From the human T2T-CHM13v2.0 reference genome, Homo sapiens, in assembly GCF_009914755.1 (NCBI RefSeq), contig NC_060927.1: DNA of 64,000 nt; one strand, written 5' to 3'. This document shows, piece by piece, positions 1-14,770 of the stretch. The notes beneath the pieces are model-generated. The model had not been told where the DNA came from. It saw only the letters and a list, made by a program, of their open reading frames with translations, and ran no database searches. A program made the position numbers and the translations under genes. Numbering within the stretch: position 1 is the first letter of the stretch; the number at the start of each line of letters is the position of its first letter.

Positions 1-400
1 GATGGGAATGTCATTAACGAAGACAAGTCAGACTAGGTGAATGCAAGTTTGGGAAACAATGACTTGTTTTATAGATATTTTAATTGCCCTTTGGACCTTC
101 AGGCAGAGATGAACATGGAGAAGTTGGTTTATTAAGAGATACATCAAGGTTAATGTCTAAAATAGGTAGACGCTGACCTACGGATGGTATTTTCAACCTT
201 GGAAGAGGATGAGCTACGCAGAGAATAGATTACACAGTTTATGTTACACAAAGACAGAACCTTGAGAAAACTATTTGGGAAGAGATAAAGAAAACTGTTA
301 AAGAAAGATGAGTGAGAGGAGTGGCATGGCTGGGGAAAACATAAATTCAAAACGGAAGGAGTTATGTCACTGACAATAGTGTTAAACACAGAAGACATTT
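1..400 (-). mobile_element. Degraded LINE-2 fragment
   Basis: Purine-rich sequence resembling antisense L2 (gatgggaatgtcattaacgaagacaag...gcaagtttgggaaac...); boundaries approximate. Confidence 0.5.
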
Positions 401-423
401 GAGCTAAAACAAGATATTAAATG

Positions 424-1161
424 TGAAACCACCTGTCTGCAAAGATTATGACTGCGACAGAAGTCTACCATGGCTGACTCCATCTTGCCTCACAGGCTGG
501 CTGTTCTCAGTCATTCCCAGGAAAAAGCCAAGCTCACCATGGGAGGAATTTAGTTTATAGTTTAACTTTAAAGCAAGGATGATAATAGCCCCTCCCTAAA
601 ACTGATCCCCTCCTTGTTCAGAGACTGAATCTGCCTTTGTAAGACTAATGAAAGGCCACAAGATTAGGATTATAGGAAGGGTCTGAATTCTGCTAAAAAG
701 TAGGCATAGTTCCTATAATCCCTTACTGCTACAGTCATGTAGCCAGAGGTCACAAGATGTGTGACTTCCCAGTTGCTCTGATAACATTACTATTGTCAAA
801 CCTAAGATTGGTCTCCTGAGATGTTTTTCAGGCTTCACATTCTGACAACTCACTGACCCCACCCTGCATCTGTGACTCATAACTCAATTGGTCCTGTGGC
901 CCCCTCACCCGGAAGTGGACTAAGTGCAGGAGGATGGTTTTCCACACTCCTGTGATTTCATCCCAAAGCAATCAGCAGCACACATTCCCTACTGCCTGCC
1001 AACCAAATTTTCCATAAAAAACCCCAGCCTTTAGTTCTCAGGGAGGCAGATTTGAGTATTATTAAACTCCTGTCCTAAATCTTGGCTGGCCTTGTGTTAA
1101 TCACTTTACCACAATAACGCTGTCTCAGTGATTTGGGTTTATCTGTGTGGCAGGCAATTAA
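424..1161 (+). mobile_element. ERV1 solo LTR, LTR8 family (LTR8A/LTR8B-like)
   Basis: Starts TGAAACC...caaagattatgac...ggctgactccatcttg...gggaggaatttagtttatagtttaac...gactaatgaaaggccacaagattaggattat, matching the LTR8A/B consensus as recalled. Confidence 0.8.
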
Positions 1162-1349
1162 TAATAAAGTAGGTCTTTCTTTAATGACCACAGATAGGAA
1201 TATTTTAATTTATAGGTTGCACTAATCTGATTAGGCAATAAACAAATAAAACAGTTGAGACAAAAAAGGTAAATTTTTCCCCAAAAACTTTGATGGTAGA
1301 AGGAAAAAGTGTGACAATACAGGAGCTATAAGCTTAAATGCATTTCCTT

Positions 1350-1530
1350 TGAAGTCAACTTTGAAGTTTGGCCTGTGTTTGAGTCCCATTTTTGACACTT
1401 AATGATTTTGAGCAACTTATTCAGATTCCCTAAAACTCAGCTTGATCATCTATTAATGGGATTAATAATAGTATTTACCATACAGAGTTATATTGATAAT
1501 CAATTAAATAATGTTTTGTCTACACAGCTA
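1350..1530 (+). mobile_element. MIR SINE; a likely 3' tail resumes at ~2860-2910
   Basis: MIR core-like ...tttgagcaacttattcagattccctaaaactcagcttgatcatctattaatgggattaataatagtatttacc... Confidence 0.6.
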
Positions 1531-1582
1531 CCAAGTCAGCTTTTGGTGTTTGAAACTTCTAAGGAAGTTTTAGACAAGGGAA

Positions 1583-2545
1583 TATTGGGGTTCAGAAAGT
1601 GATACCCCAAAGACTGGCATTTTGACATGCTGAGAATTCTTAGAAGCTGCCTCAAAATCAAGGTCTCTCTAACCTTGTCTTGCCTCCTACCCTTCACCAA
1701 GTGCAGGAAGGGGCTCAGTCTGGAACTTCCTTAGCTGACCAAGAAAGCTTCTTTCCAAAAGAAATGCAATTGTCGGTGGGGAGCAGTGACTCACCCCTGA
1801 AATCCGAACACTTTGGGAGGCCGAGGTGGGCGGATTACCTGAGGTCAGGAGCTCCAGACCAGCCTGACCAACATGGAGAAACCCCTTCTCTACTAAAAAT
1901 ACAAAATTAGCCGGGCATGGTGGCATGCACCTGTAATTCCAGCTACTCAGGAGGCTGGGGCAGAAGAATCACTTGAACCTGGGAGGCAGAGGTTGCAGTG
2001 AGCCAAGATCGCGCTATTGCACACTCCAGCCTGGGAAACAAGAGTGAAACTCCATCTCCCAAAAAAAAAAAAAAAAAAAAAAAAAAAGGAAAAAATAAAA
2101 GAAAAAAAAAGGAAATGCAATTGTCTTAAACTCATTCCCTAAGGATTTCATCAAGTAACCAAGAAAGAGCAACCACCACTGGAAAATAAAAGAGACTGGG
2201 AGTCATCACCACCTCTAGACAGAACTTCTACCTATTCTTCTGAGGGCAGCTCCAAGATATTACCTGTGGGACTTTATCTACGTAATAAAACAACCTTTGA
2301 TGCTGTGCATCTCCACCCCTCACCCTCCTATAATGTCTGCCTCCACCTCCATGCTACATTTATTCTCCCTAATAATTTACTGACCCTCAAAATAATTTTC
2401 TACATTCCCCATCCCCTCCTCCCCTAGGAATAAGGGTAGGTAAACTTCTGTTCCTATTGGGTAATAACGGTAATTACACTACAAGTCATCAGTCTGTAAT
2501 TTTCCCCCATGCACATTAATAAATTTGCATCACTTTTCAGCTATT
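1583..2545 (+). mobile_element. ERV1 solo LTR, MER39-like, interrupted by an Alu
   Basis: 5' end tattggggttcagaaagtgataccccaaa...ggcattttgacatgctgag; LTR sequence resumes after the Alu TSD; AATAAA near 2518. Confidence 0.7.
1775..2110 (+). mobile_element. AluSp-like SINE
   Basis: Diagnostic cctgaccaacatggagaaacccc and caagagtgaaactcc; A tail; 14-bp TSD gaaatgcaattgtc at 1761-1774 and 2112-2125. Confidence 0.93.
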
Positions 2546-2560
2546 AAATAATGTGAATCA

Positions 2561-2858
2561 GGCTGGGCATGGTGACTCACTCATGTAATCCCAGCACTTT
2601 AGGAGGCTAAGGCAGGCAGATTGCTTGAGGCCAGGAGTTTGAGACCAGCCTGGCCAACATGGTGAAACCCCATCTCTAATGAAAATACAAAAATTAGCCA
2701 GGCATGGTGGCATGCACCTGTAATCCAGTTACTGGGAGGCTGCACTGGGAGGATCACATGAGCTCAGGAGGCAGAGGTTGCAGTGAGCATTACCACGCTA
2801 CTGCATTCCAGCCTGGGCGACAGAGTGAGACTCGGTTTCAAAAAGAAAAAAAAAAAAA
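2561..2858 (+). mobile_element. Alu SINE (old, J/Sz-like)
   Basis: Full dimer with A tail; decayed TSD aatgtgaat(c/t)a. Confidence 0.92.
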
Positions 2859-2929
2859 TGTGAATTAGAGTGCCAGTACATGGAGAGTGCTCAATGTGTT
2901 TTGGCTGTTAATATTTTTTAATGTAAGGC

Positions 2930-3600
2930 AAGATTCTGAGGAAATTACAATACTGAAATGCTAGGGGTGGAGAATAACTGATGTAGCTAGGGGCAAATGG
3001 AAGCAAATAAAGATTGAATTTTGAGTGTCCAAGTGGAAAGAAAGCTTTAAGTAGAATGAAATAAAATTATTTATCAATATAGAAGACAAGATTGAGAAAA
3101 TGGATGAAGATGCAGGGAAAATTTGATGTGGAAAGGAAAACCATGAAGAGAGCAAACATCAGATAACCTTGATCGATCAATAAAGAACCAGACAAGTTTG
3201 TCTCCAGTGTGAAGAAAGTGACGTCAGAAGCTTGAAGTAAATGGAAAATTATGGAGCTGGAGATGTGGAGAATAAACTAGGAGATAAATTAAATTTGAGT
3301 ACAAATGTTTCTGATTGAGAGAGGAGCCAAGATGAATTAGCGCTTAGTGAATTGGTGGTCAAAGAAATTGGCCCACTGCCTGCATTTTTCAGCAATATTT
3401 TGGAAGCAGCAAGCAGATAAGCAGATATTAAGCAGAAAGGAATTACCCAAGATTGAGCACGAGGAATACAAGACAAGAAGAAAAAGATCCCCGGAAATCA
3501 CAAATTTTTAAAGAAACAACCCAGAGTATACTGGAATGAACAATGTAGAAGTAATTAAGTACTGTGTATAAAACAAAAATGTACTGTGAAAAAAGACAAT
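2930..3600 (-). mobile_element. Degraded LINE-2
   Basis: Purine-rich antisense-L2-like sequence; boundaries approximate. Confidence 0.45.
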
Positions 3601-5849
3601 GATTAGCAGACTGGAAGTCATGATGAATATAAAGGTAAATTTCATTGGAAATCGGAAAATCAAAATTTGGTAGCTTTAGTCATATAAGAAATATTCATAG
3701 GTTAAGTTCCCTAGAATGCATTTTTTGAGAAAGTAGCATACTTTGCTTTTTAAAGCTGTGACTATTTTTCTTATTAATGACCAAAGAGGTTACCTAAAAT
3801 GTTTGCAGGGCAGGCTTTTATAAATTTGTTCCATTTCATAAAATATATCAAAAATTAGCATAAAACAAAAGCCAAATTTGTAATTATCATAAAGCCGCCC
3901 AATATAAGTATCTTAAAAGACAATAGATGATAGATTTTAGAAGCACATGGGGGAAAAATGCCAATACTACTTTTCAACCAAGTCTTTCTTATGTGTACAG
4001 AACTTCACAAATATTTGTCAAACATTAACTGGAACATTTGAAGTATTAGTTAATTCAAGAACTCCTCTGAATGGATAGTGATGTTTTAAAAAGTCACAAG
4101 AAATAACATGAATAATATGTAATATTAGTTAATAAATTAGCTAAATATTAACTATTTAATATATTAAATTATATGCAATATTGAAATAGTTTTTATATAA
4201 TTATAAAATGTGGGACACAATTAATATACTTTTTTTAAAAAGAAAGAAAATTCAGTACTGGGAAACTTTGGGGAAAAGTTGGCAAATGCCCGTATTGGAC
4301 ACTAGAAATGCTGTTGTTCAAATCTTAGAATCAAAAGATGTCTCATTAAAATGCATACAGAGCTAGCAATAGCAGGGTCCACAGATTTCCCTATAGTTCA
4401 TGGGCTCTAGTTTGTGAATCCCTGAACACTGACTCACAATCTCCTCCTGTGAAAAGATGTCCTCCCAGGAAGTAATCTGATGATATACTACAAAAATATT
4501 GGTAAAATTCTCTACTTCAGAAAAACACTGGGAGGTCAAGAGACCACAATAAGCACAAGCTGATATTGCACACAACTTTCCTTAATTTGGGCTGAAAGGG
4601 GTTGACTTTGAATCTATTTCAACTTCTGAAAATTTTTTTTTAAATAATGGTATTTTAGTTATGCATTTTCCTTTAAGTGTACCTGTTGCTATGTCCCATA
4701 GGTTTTTATCATAAAACATCTTACTATTTATTATTTTGAGATATTTTATCATCAGAACTCTCTTTGACTGAGACAAGAGTGACCCCTGCCTTGGACACTG
4801 TGATTTGGAAGATCCTGAATTTCACAAAACACATACAAACTTTTTTTTTTTTTTAAGGAGTACATAGGTGCTTCATGTGGAATCTGGTGCTCTATACATC
4901 CTCAACCTTCTCTCTTATCATTTACACCAATAAGGTCTTAGAGAAAACCCGTGTGTTCATCTCCCACCCTATGTCCTCCAGACAAAAGATAACTGTTTCT
5001 AAAGGTCATTGAGGTTTATCTGAGTTGCTCTGCAGCTGATTAACAGAGATGAACCAAGGAAGGTTTGAATAGCATTAGTATTCTAGTAAGGGGAAAGACA
5101 AATAACTGGTCCCAAATTCTTCCTTTCAGTCATTATGAATGCAATTAATTCTTACATAAAGGATCATTTCCCTAATATTTTCCATTGCTTATTTCCTTGT
5201 TTTTGATCATGTTCTAATTTGTGGTCTGGCAGTACTCACAAATTAATGCCCGGATAGTTCTGAAGGTGGTCACAATTTTTTGGCATATGATAGTGAGGAA
5301 ATATTTATTAGATTTAAAAATTCATACTATTTTTAATGTATACATAGATAAGTATGTTTGTATAGAAGTAACAGGAACTAAAGTTTTACTGATTACTTAC
5401 CTTGGCAACTAGATATACATTAAATACCAGAATTCTATCACAATATTTAATAGATTAAAACTACAACTTAAAAACTTGATTTTTAACATGTCTACTTTCT
5501 TTGAGGAATATTATTTTGTTCTTAATTTTAATGTATAATTTAAATACATTTTATACTTTTAAAGTATAATTTAGACAGTTTTAAATCAAAGTAATTTTTT
5601 GATTTTATAAGTGTTCAACATTTAATATTTCATTAACTTATATTTTTATGACAGCATATTTAAATTTTGTACATTTTAAATATACTTTTTAATTGCTTAG
5701 ATGATTGTTATTGGAAGAAAAATGGATCGTTAACAAAAGTAAACATTTTTTTGAAATGAAAGCAGGAAAAACAAATTTGCGGAAAAACATAATAAATCCT
5801 GTTATATGATTTGATACATGCAAGCTCCTAATTTTTACAATTGTTTCAG

Positions 5850-7950
<2,101 letters not shown>

Positions 7951-8479
7951 TTGCACAAAGATTTTTGAGTTAATATCAATCATTTCCACACTCAGGGCCA
8001 CAAGTTTCAGTGGATCAAGTTCTTTCCAGGATCTCTCCCTTCCTGACCCTGCCCACAGACTCCCTGTTGCTGGTATATAGGGATATGCCCATCGTTGATA
8101 AAACATTTTCCATTATCTCTGATGCTAATAAGGCCCCACAAAGTTCATGATAGTAAGTAAGTAGATGAGACTGGGAATGGAGCAGAAAGGGGGAAAGAAG
8201 GAAGTGCTGGGTCCTAAGATTCCCTATACACACACATGTAAACACAATTTCTGCTAACACTACTAGCTGAATAATGCTAACACATTGAGGTAAATGCTTA
8301 AGAATACAAAACCGTGAGAAGAAAAGGAAAGGCTAAAGGGGAATTTAGCTAAAGACAGCTAACTTTCTTATTTTCAATGGAAGTAGTACTACACATTGTT
8401 TTATTCTTAAAGATAATTTTAAAATAAAAATTATTAAAGCTACGGTAACACAAAAATTCTACAGAACATCTGTTTCTTA

Positions 8480-8725
8480 ATAATGAGGATAATAGCAGAC
8501 AAGCTTTATTATGTACTTAAAATAAGCCACGCAAAGTGCTAAGTGATGAATATAAATTATCCCCCTACTAACCTATGAAAGGAAATTAATACTATTCATA
8601 TTTACATGTAACATTCATGAGGCCCAGAAAAGTGAGGAAAATTGCTAAAAGTCACATAACTAATACTTGGTAAAGCTGAAATACCCAAATTTGTCAGGCT
8701 TTGCCTTTAACTAATATATACTATC
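8480..8725 (-). mobile_element. MIR SINE
   Basis: Antisense MIR core ...catgaggcccagaaaagtgaggaaaattgctaaaagtcacataacta... Confidence 0.65.
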
Positions 8726-8779
8726 CACAACATGAGCTCAATTTATTCTAGAAATGAGCTCATGGTCCAATATTAGGAT

Positions 8780-9520
8780 AACCTAATTAAGTGTTTTAAC
8801 AGAAGGATTAAAAGATATCATGAAAGCTCCTAAAATGACATTTGATAAAATTCCATAATTGTGCTAAAAAATAATTATAACTTGGCGGGGAAAGGAATAG
8901 ATGGATACCTTCTTAACATGGTAAGGAACTTCTAGAGAAATTCAAGAATTAACTTGGAAGTGAAATAATTTTGGTGCTCCTAATAGGACACTAATTATCA
9001 CCAGTAATGTTCAGCACATTATAATATTGATAATTAATGTATAAATGTTTGAATTTAAAAAATGAAATAATCATTATTTGTAACTAGTATTAAGCAGTAG
9101 AACAACAACACACAATATTTAGGAAACAAAATCTACTAGAGCTAGTAAGATATTTCAGCAAGGGGTCCATTTGTCAAATAAATGCAGACAACTCAATCAC
9201 TCTTCTATATACATAAATAGTATTTAGAATAGAAGTCCATTTATAGTAGCAACACAAAAGTATAAATAACAGAAATATGCACAACTTAGATGAAGATATA
9301 TAAAAATTTACTAATCTAAGGAAGACAATAAAATGAAAAGATATTTCATTATCCTATGAGCATTTTCAGCATGCTAAAGATTTCAGTATGCTCCCCCAAA
9401 TTATCTATATATTGGAGGAAAACCCAATCAAAATCTCAACAGTATTTTAAAATAAAATTTGACAAGCTAATTCTAAAATGCACTTGGAAAAGGAAAGATA
9501 CAGCATTTTGAAAAAAGAAA
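8780..9520 (+). mobile_element. Ancient L1M ORF2 remnant
   Basis: Decayed ORF2-like sequence: ctactagagctagtaagatatttcagcaagg, cccaatcaaaatctcaacag, ttgacaagctaattctaaaatgcacttggaaa. Confidence 0.65.
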
Positions 9521-9629
9521 TCCATTACTGCCTTCCCTCACCACAAGTGCTACTCAATACTGTGTCCCCTTTGACCCTCTACCACCAGTAATTACACAGG
9601 GAATGAGATTGACAAAGTGGTCTTTTTTG

Positions 9630-9890
9630 GAGACAGTAAAAATAGTGATTAAAAGAGAGATCCTACTAGAGCAGCCAAACTGTCTGGATTTCAATCTGGG
9701 TTCTAACACTTACCATCTGTATGACCTTGAGCAAGACACTTAACCTCTCTGTGTATCTGTTTCTTTGGTGAAATGAGGATAAAAGTTATAATAACAGTAC
9801 GTACTTTCTAAGTTTGCTCTGATAATTAAATAATGAAAATGCAAAGTACTTAGTATAGTGCACGCCACAGAGTGCTATATAAAGTGTAAT
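9630..9890 (+). mobile_element. MIR SINE
   Basis: ctgtatgaccttgagcaagacacttaacctctctgtgtatctgtttc core. Confidence 0.75.
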
Positions 9891-10263
9891 TATGTATATT
9901 ACCACAATAAATACTACTACAATATTACTACAATAAATTCTGAAGTAAAGGAAGTCCAGGTGTTTTGTCCTTGAGTTTTATTAGATAACTGTTCTACAAA
10001 TTTTTAGAGTTTGGAATTAAGAATAAACTAGTTTGAAAACTCAAGCTGTAGAACTTTTACATGTGGCTAGTAATATTGGGGAACACTGAATGCTTCTTTG
10101 TATTTATTTTAGTGGTGAGAAGGGGCAGGTGGTACAAACCCTGTAGTTGATCATTAGTTGTACAGCAATACAGTAAAATTATTTTCTAAATAGACAAATT
10201 CTAGAAAACTGTATAATACATTCTTACCTATCAATGTATTTAATCTGTTAAAATTGGGCCATC

Positions 10264-10561
10264 GGACAGGCACGGTGATGCACGCCTATAGTCCCAGCAC
10301 CTTGGGACGCTGAGGTGGGCTGATCATTTGAGGCCAGGAGTTCGAGACCAGCCTGGGCAACATGGTCAAACTTCTACTAAAATTATAAAAATCAGCCGGG
10401 CATGGTGATACAAATCTGTAATCCCAGCTACTCAGGAGGCTGAGGCAGGAGAATTGGTTGAACCCAGGGGCGGATGCCACAGTGAGCCAAGATCACGCCA
10501 TTGCACTCCAGAGTGGCCAACAGAGCGAGACTCTGTCTCAAAAAAACAAAAAACAAAAAAA
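10264..10561 (+). mobile_element. AluS SINE
   Basis: Full dimer with an A-rich tail punctuated by C; residual TSD gccatc. Confidence 0.92.
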
Positions 10562-11720
10562 CAGAGCCATCTTTCCTTCTCTTTGGGTATCATGAGGGAA
10601 CAAAAAGAATCACATTTTTTTTTTCTCTAAAGGTCTGGTAGTTTTAACTACAAATGTCTTAAGAGGTGGCAAAGAAGAATTTAGTATATAAAATACAGGG
10701 GAAATTTTCTAATGATCATCATTATCCATCTCTTTCCCCAAAGTACCATACCTCATAGCAGGTGCACCATCTTCCCTTTCTCATAAGCAGTCCTGACACA
10801 CTGGCTCTCTTCCCTCCTCCCTGTCTCCAATTCCCGAATGTTTTCCTTTCCCCTCTCTCTTCCACTTTTCCCTTCCAGGAAGTTCCTAAAGCATGCAGTT
10901 CAATTTTGCCTCTGAATTTGCACTGGAGTCTGTATTTCCATTTATTAAACCAGAGGAAAGGCAATGAATAGAAACACTTCAATTACTATACCCCTGTCTC
11001 AGATAAAAGAATGTCTCCATTGTAATCAAAGTTGTTGTCTATGTAGATTATGCCAAATTTGGGGAAGATTTGAATCTGAGAGGTAAGGGAGAAAATTCCT
11101 TCCCCAAGCCTGAAAGACTGGGGGCCCAAAATCCCAGGTAGAGAAGAGGAAACACTGTCAAAGAAGCTCGTGGGGTGGGAGTGTGAGCCAGGGGTCTAGC
11201 CTATCTTCCAGGCATTTTCTGCATGTGGCTTAATTATCTCCTGTTATTTCGCATGCCTTGAGGAAAGTGTTATCACTTTCAGGTATTTTCCACGCACAGG
11301 ATACCACAGGAGGCAGTATAAACATTCAGGGCAAGGTAGAACGGGAAAAGAAGGAGCAAGTTTAAAAGGCAGGAAGAAACCTGCCAGGAATGGAGCATCT
11401 GTCTCAGGTGGGTGGTCAAAAAATATGACAGGTAACACTTAGATGGATTTGGGTTTTAAAAATAAAAGTGAACATTTCTGTTTTAAAACATTTTAGTGAC
11501 AAAATCTACCTAAGGGAGTGTATTGACCATAAGTGTACAGCTTGATAATTTTCCCAGACTAAATACATCTGTGTAAGGAACACCCACATCAAGATACCGA
11601 ACATTACCAAAGCACCCCAAAGTATTTTCTATTACTTATTCACATTTATGTCTGCATTTATCTTAAGGCAGGAAAGCAACTTGATAAAAGCAGTCAGAGT
11701 GCCAGAAAATAGGAAATCAC

Positions 11721-11788
11721 CTCATCTTTAAATTCCTTGGAACATTTGCAAGTTCCAAGGTCTATTGCTTTGGGTCATTAACTCCTCC
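11721..11788 (-). other. Candidate 68-nt non-coding exon
   Basis: Minus strand: strong acceptor ttcatctcctgtccttttctcccttacag|GGAGG, weaker donor GATGAG|gtgatt; stops in all three frames. Confidence 0.3.
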
Positions 11789-13265
11789 CTGTAAGGGAGA
11801 AAAGGACAGGAGATGAAAGTGAAACCCAAATGACTTTGAAATCTATTAAGTACCTTAAAAAAATGAAAAAGTGCAAGAAATATTGACTAAAATGAATTCT
11901 GAAGATTGTCGGAAAGTTTTGTTCTTTTTTTAATCTCACCCTACCACCCTTACTAATTTGCAATAATAATTGAGGATGGGCCATAAAAATCCATTCGAAA
12001 ACTGGTAGCCAGGAACATTAAACCTTACAAGTTGGATTCTGTAAATAAAACTTTACCTCCAAAAAGAGTAAAAAGAATATTTTGGGATACTTTCTGTAAA
12101 ATAAGAAATGTAAATTTTCTAAATTAAACTACAAGTAGAAAAAAATCACCATGTGTGAAAGCCTGCCTATCGGTGTCCTACACTCTAAGTTCCATGGGCC
12201 TACATTAACTAACCCATCCTGAAGTGGTGGTCCTAAATTTCAGGAAACATCAACCACTTCCAGAAATTAATGAAAGTTATACCCATCACATTGAAAAATG
12301 CTTCCAGCCACATTTCCATGCATCGTTTCGGGAAGTCCAAGGATTTCCTGAAGACTAACACAAATCTCCATGTAGGTCCATCTACCAGATCATGAACCTC
12401 TTCCCTAAACTGTAATCTCTACAGAGTAGGTGGTGCTATGTTTTCTTATTTTGCACTCCCAGTGGAAGATTGCATGCTGCTTGGCAGATATGAAGAGGGT
12501 GATGTGTATTTAAACGGAGCTCTAGGCAAGGAGAAGGGAGCTATATTTCAGTGATGCTGCATAGATGTGATTTATCGACTTTGTCCCTGTGCTTTGTGAA
12601 TGTTGACCTTGTATGGAAGAGAACATTGCTATTTCTTAAGGCATTTCTCTTCATTTTGTCTGTTTCAACACTTGAGGTGTAACATAACAAAACCTAATAA
12701 TTTTAATATGAAAACATCTATCATCTGGAAGAAACTGAAGTAACATTAAGCGCCTAATATATGATAAGCGCTCTTCTAAATATACACATTATTTTCTATT
12801 CCTTTATTTTCTATTTGTTTTTCATTACCTAAGTCTTTTACATATGTCTTTTATTTAGGTTTCTTTTTGACTGATGATTTCTGACTTTTAATCAGATTAC
12901 TTATTCCATTTACATACAGCGAGATTACTGCTCCATTTGCACTTTTTTTCCTTATTTCATGTTTCATGCTTATCCATTTCCTCTCTCCTTTCCACCCTCC
13001 CCTCACTTCATGGTCCTGCTGCATTAATATATTTTTCTGGAGTCCTTTTTTTCTCCCCTTCTACAGTGAAAGCTGTATGTTACATTTTCTTTTGATTTAG
13101 GGATTTCTCTTAATTTTACAATTCTGATTATAAAAAATTTAACATAATTTAATGATTCAGTATTTCTATACTTCTGATGTTAGTATATAAGTATACATTG
13201 AACACCTGCATTACCATATTTTATTACTTTTACCTAACTTTACATATTTTAAAATAAAAAAAACT

Positions 13266-13555
13266 GGCTGGGTGTGGTGGCTCATGCCTCTAATCCCAGC
13301 ACTTTGGGAGGCCGAGGCTGGCAGATCATAAGATCAAGATATCGAGACCATCCTGGCCAACACGGTGAAACCTCACCTCTACTAAAAATACAAAAATTAG
13401 CTGGGCATGGTGGTGTGCACCTGTAGTCCCAGCTACTCAGGAGACTGAGGCAGGAGAATCGCTTGAACCTGGGAGGTGGAGGTTGCAGTGAGCCAGATTG
13501 CACCACTGCACTCAAGCCTGGTGACACAGCAAGACTCCATCGCCAAAAAAAAAAA
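13266..13555 (+). mobile_element. AluSc-like SINE
   Basis: gatcaagatatcgagaccatcctggccaac diagnostic; A tail. Confidence 0.9.
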
Positions 13556-13576
13556 GTTAATAAAAAAGAGTTTATT

Positions 13577-13930
<354 letters not shown>

Positions 13931-14467
13931 TCATATGCCATGCCTTCCTCTAGTCCACCGTCCGTGCTGATGTACATCCTGCAATAAGCCTCTTAGTGAT
14001 GATCTACAGATGGTGAGGTGTTGTTTATTTGAAATATCTTTTTTCTTATTTCTTCTCTTTCTTGAGTAACAATTTGGTTTGGTACAATATTTTTAGGTAT
14101 ATATTTTTCCTCACCAATTTAAATACATTACTCCATTTTCTGTGATCTCCAGAGGAATCTACATCAGTTCAAGTGTTGATATTTCATAGGTCACCTATTG
14201 GTGCAGACTAGAAGTTTTAAAATTGTTCTCTTTATACCTGAGGTTCTTCAATTTTACTATAAAGTTCCTAAGTATAGCTTTACTTACTTTATTTATCTTA
14301 AAAATTATGTAACATTTTGATGCTACATATACCTAATCCCATCAGTTGTACACAAATTTGTCAATTGTAGAAAAAAATTTACTAATGGCTCTTTAACTAC
14401 CTCTTCTCCACCAATCCCTCTGATACTATTTGCTAGAACTTTTGCATAAGAGTAAATATTATATAGA

Positions 14468-14770
14468 TCAACACTGTCCACTAGAAATGTAATGCAAGCC
14501 ACATGTAATTTTATGTTTTTGTCTGCAGCCACAGGAAGAAGTACAAAGAAACAGGTGATATTAATTTTAGTAATATTTTAACCCAATATATACACAATAT
14601 TACTTTAAACATATAATTGACATAAAAATTATTGAGATAGCTTTTTTTGAATCAAGTCCTTGAAATATGGTATGTGTTTTACACTTATCGCACATCTCAA
14701 TTCAGACTAGCTACATTTCAAATGTTCACTATTCACTCATGATTAGTAGCTATCATAATAAACAACACAG
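14468..14770. mobile_element. MER33 (hAT-Charlie DNA transposon)
   Basis: cactgtccactagaaatgtaatgcaagccacatgtaatttt...acacttatcgcacatctcaattcagactagctacatttcaaatg. Confidence 0.75.

Noticed and set aside
3219-3226. Perfect CRE palindrome TGACGTCA
   Set aside because: Single 8-mer in a decayed repeat far from the promoter, with no supporting context
4154-4169. 16-bp AT-only palindrome (similar ones near 46836, 46989, 60273; hairpin at 8731-8764)
   Set aside because: Short and mostly low-complexity; common in AT-rich DNA
5395-5412. Perfect minus-strand donor AAG|gtaagt with a possible 8-nt microexon
   Set aside because: No polypyrimidine tract upstream; isolated consensus donors (also at 35185 and 36736) are expected by chance in 64 kb
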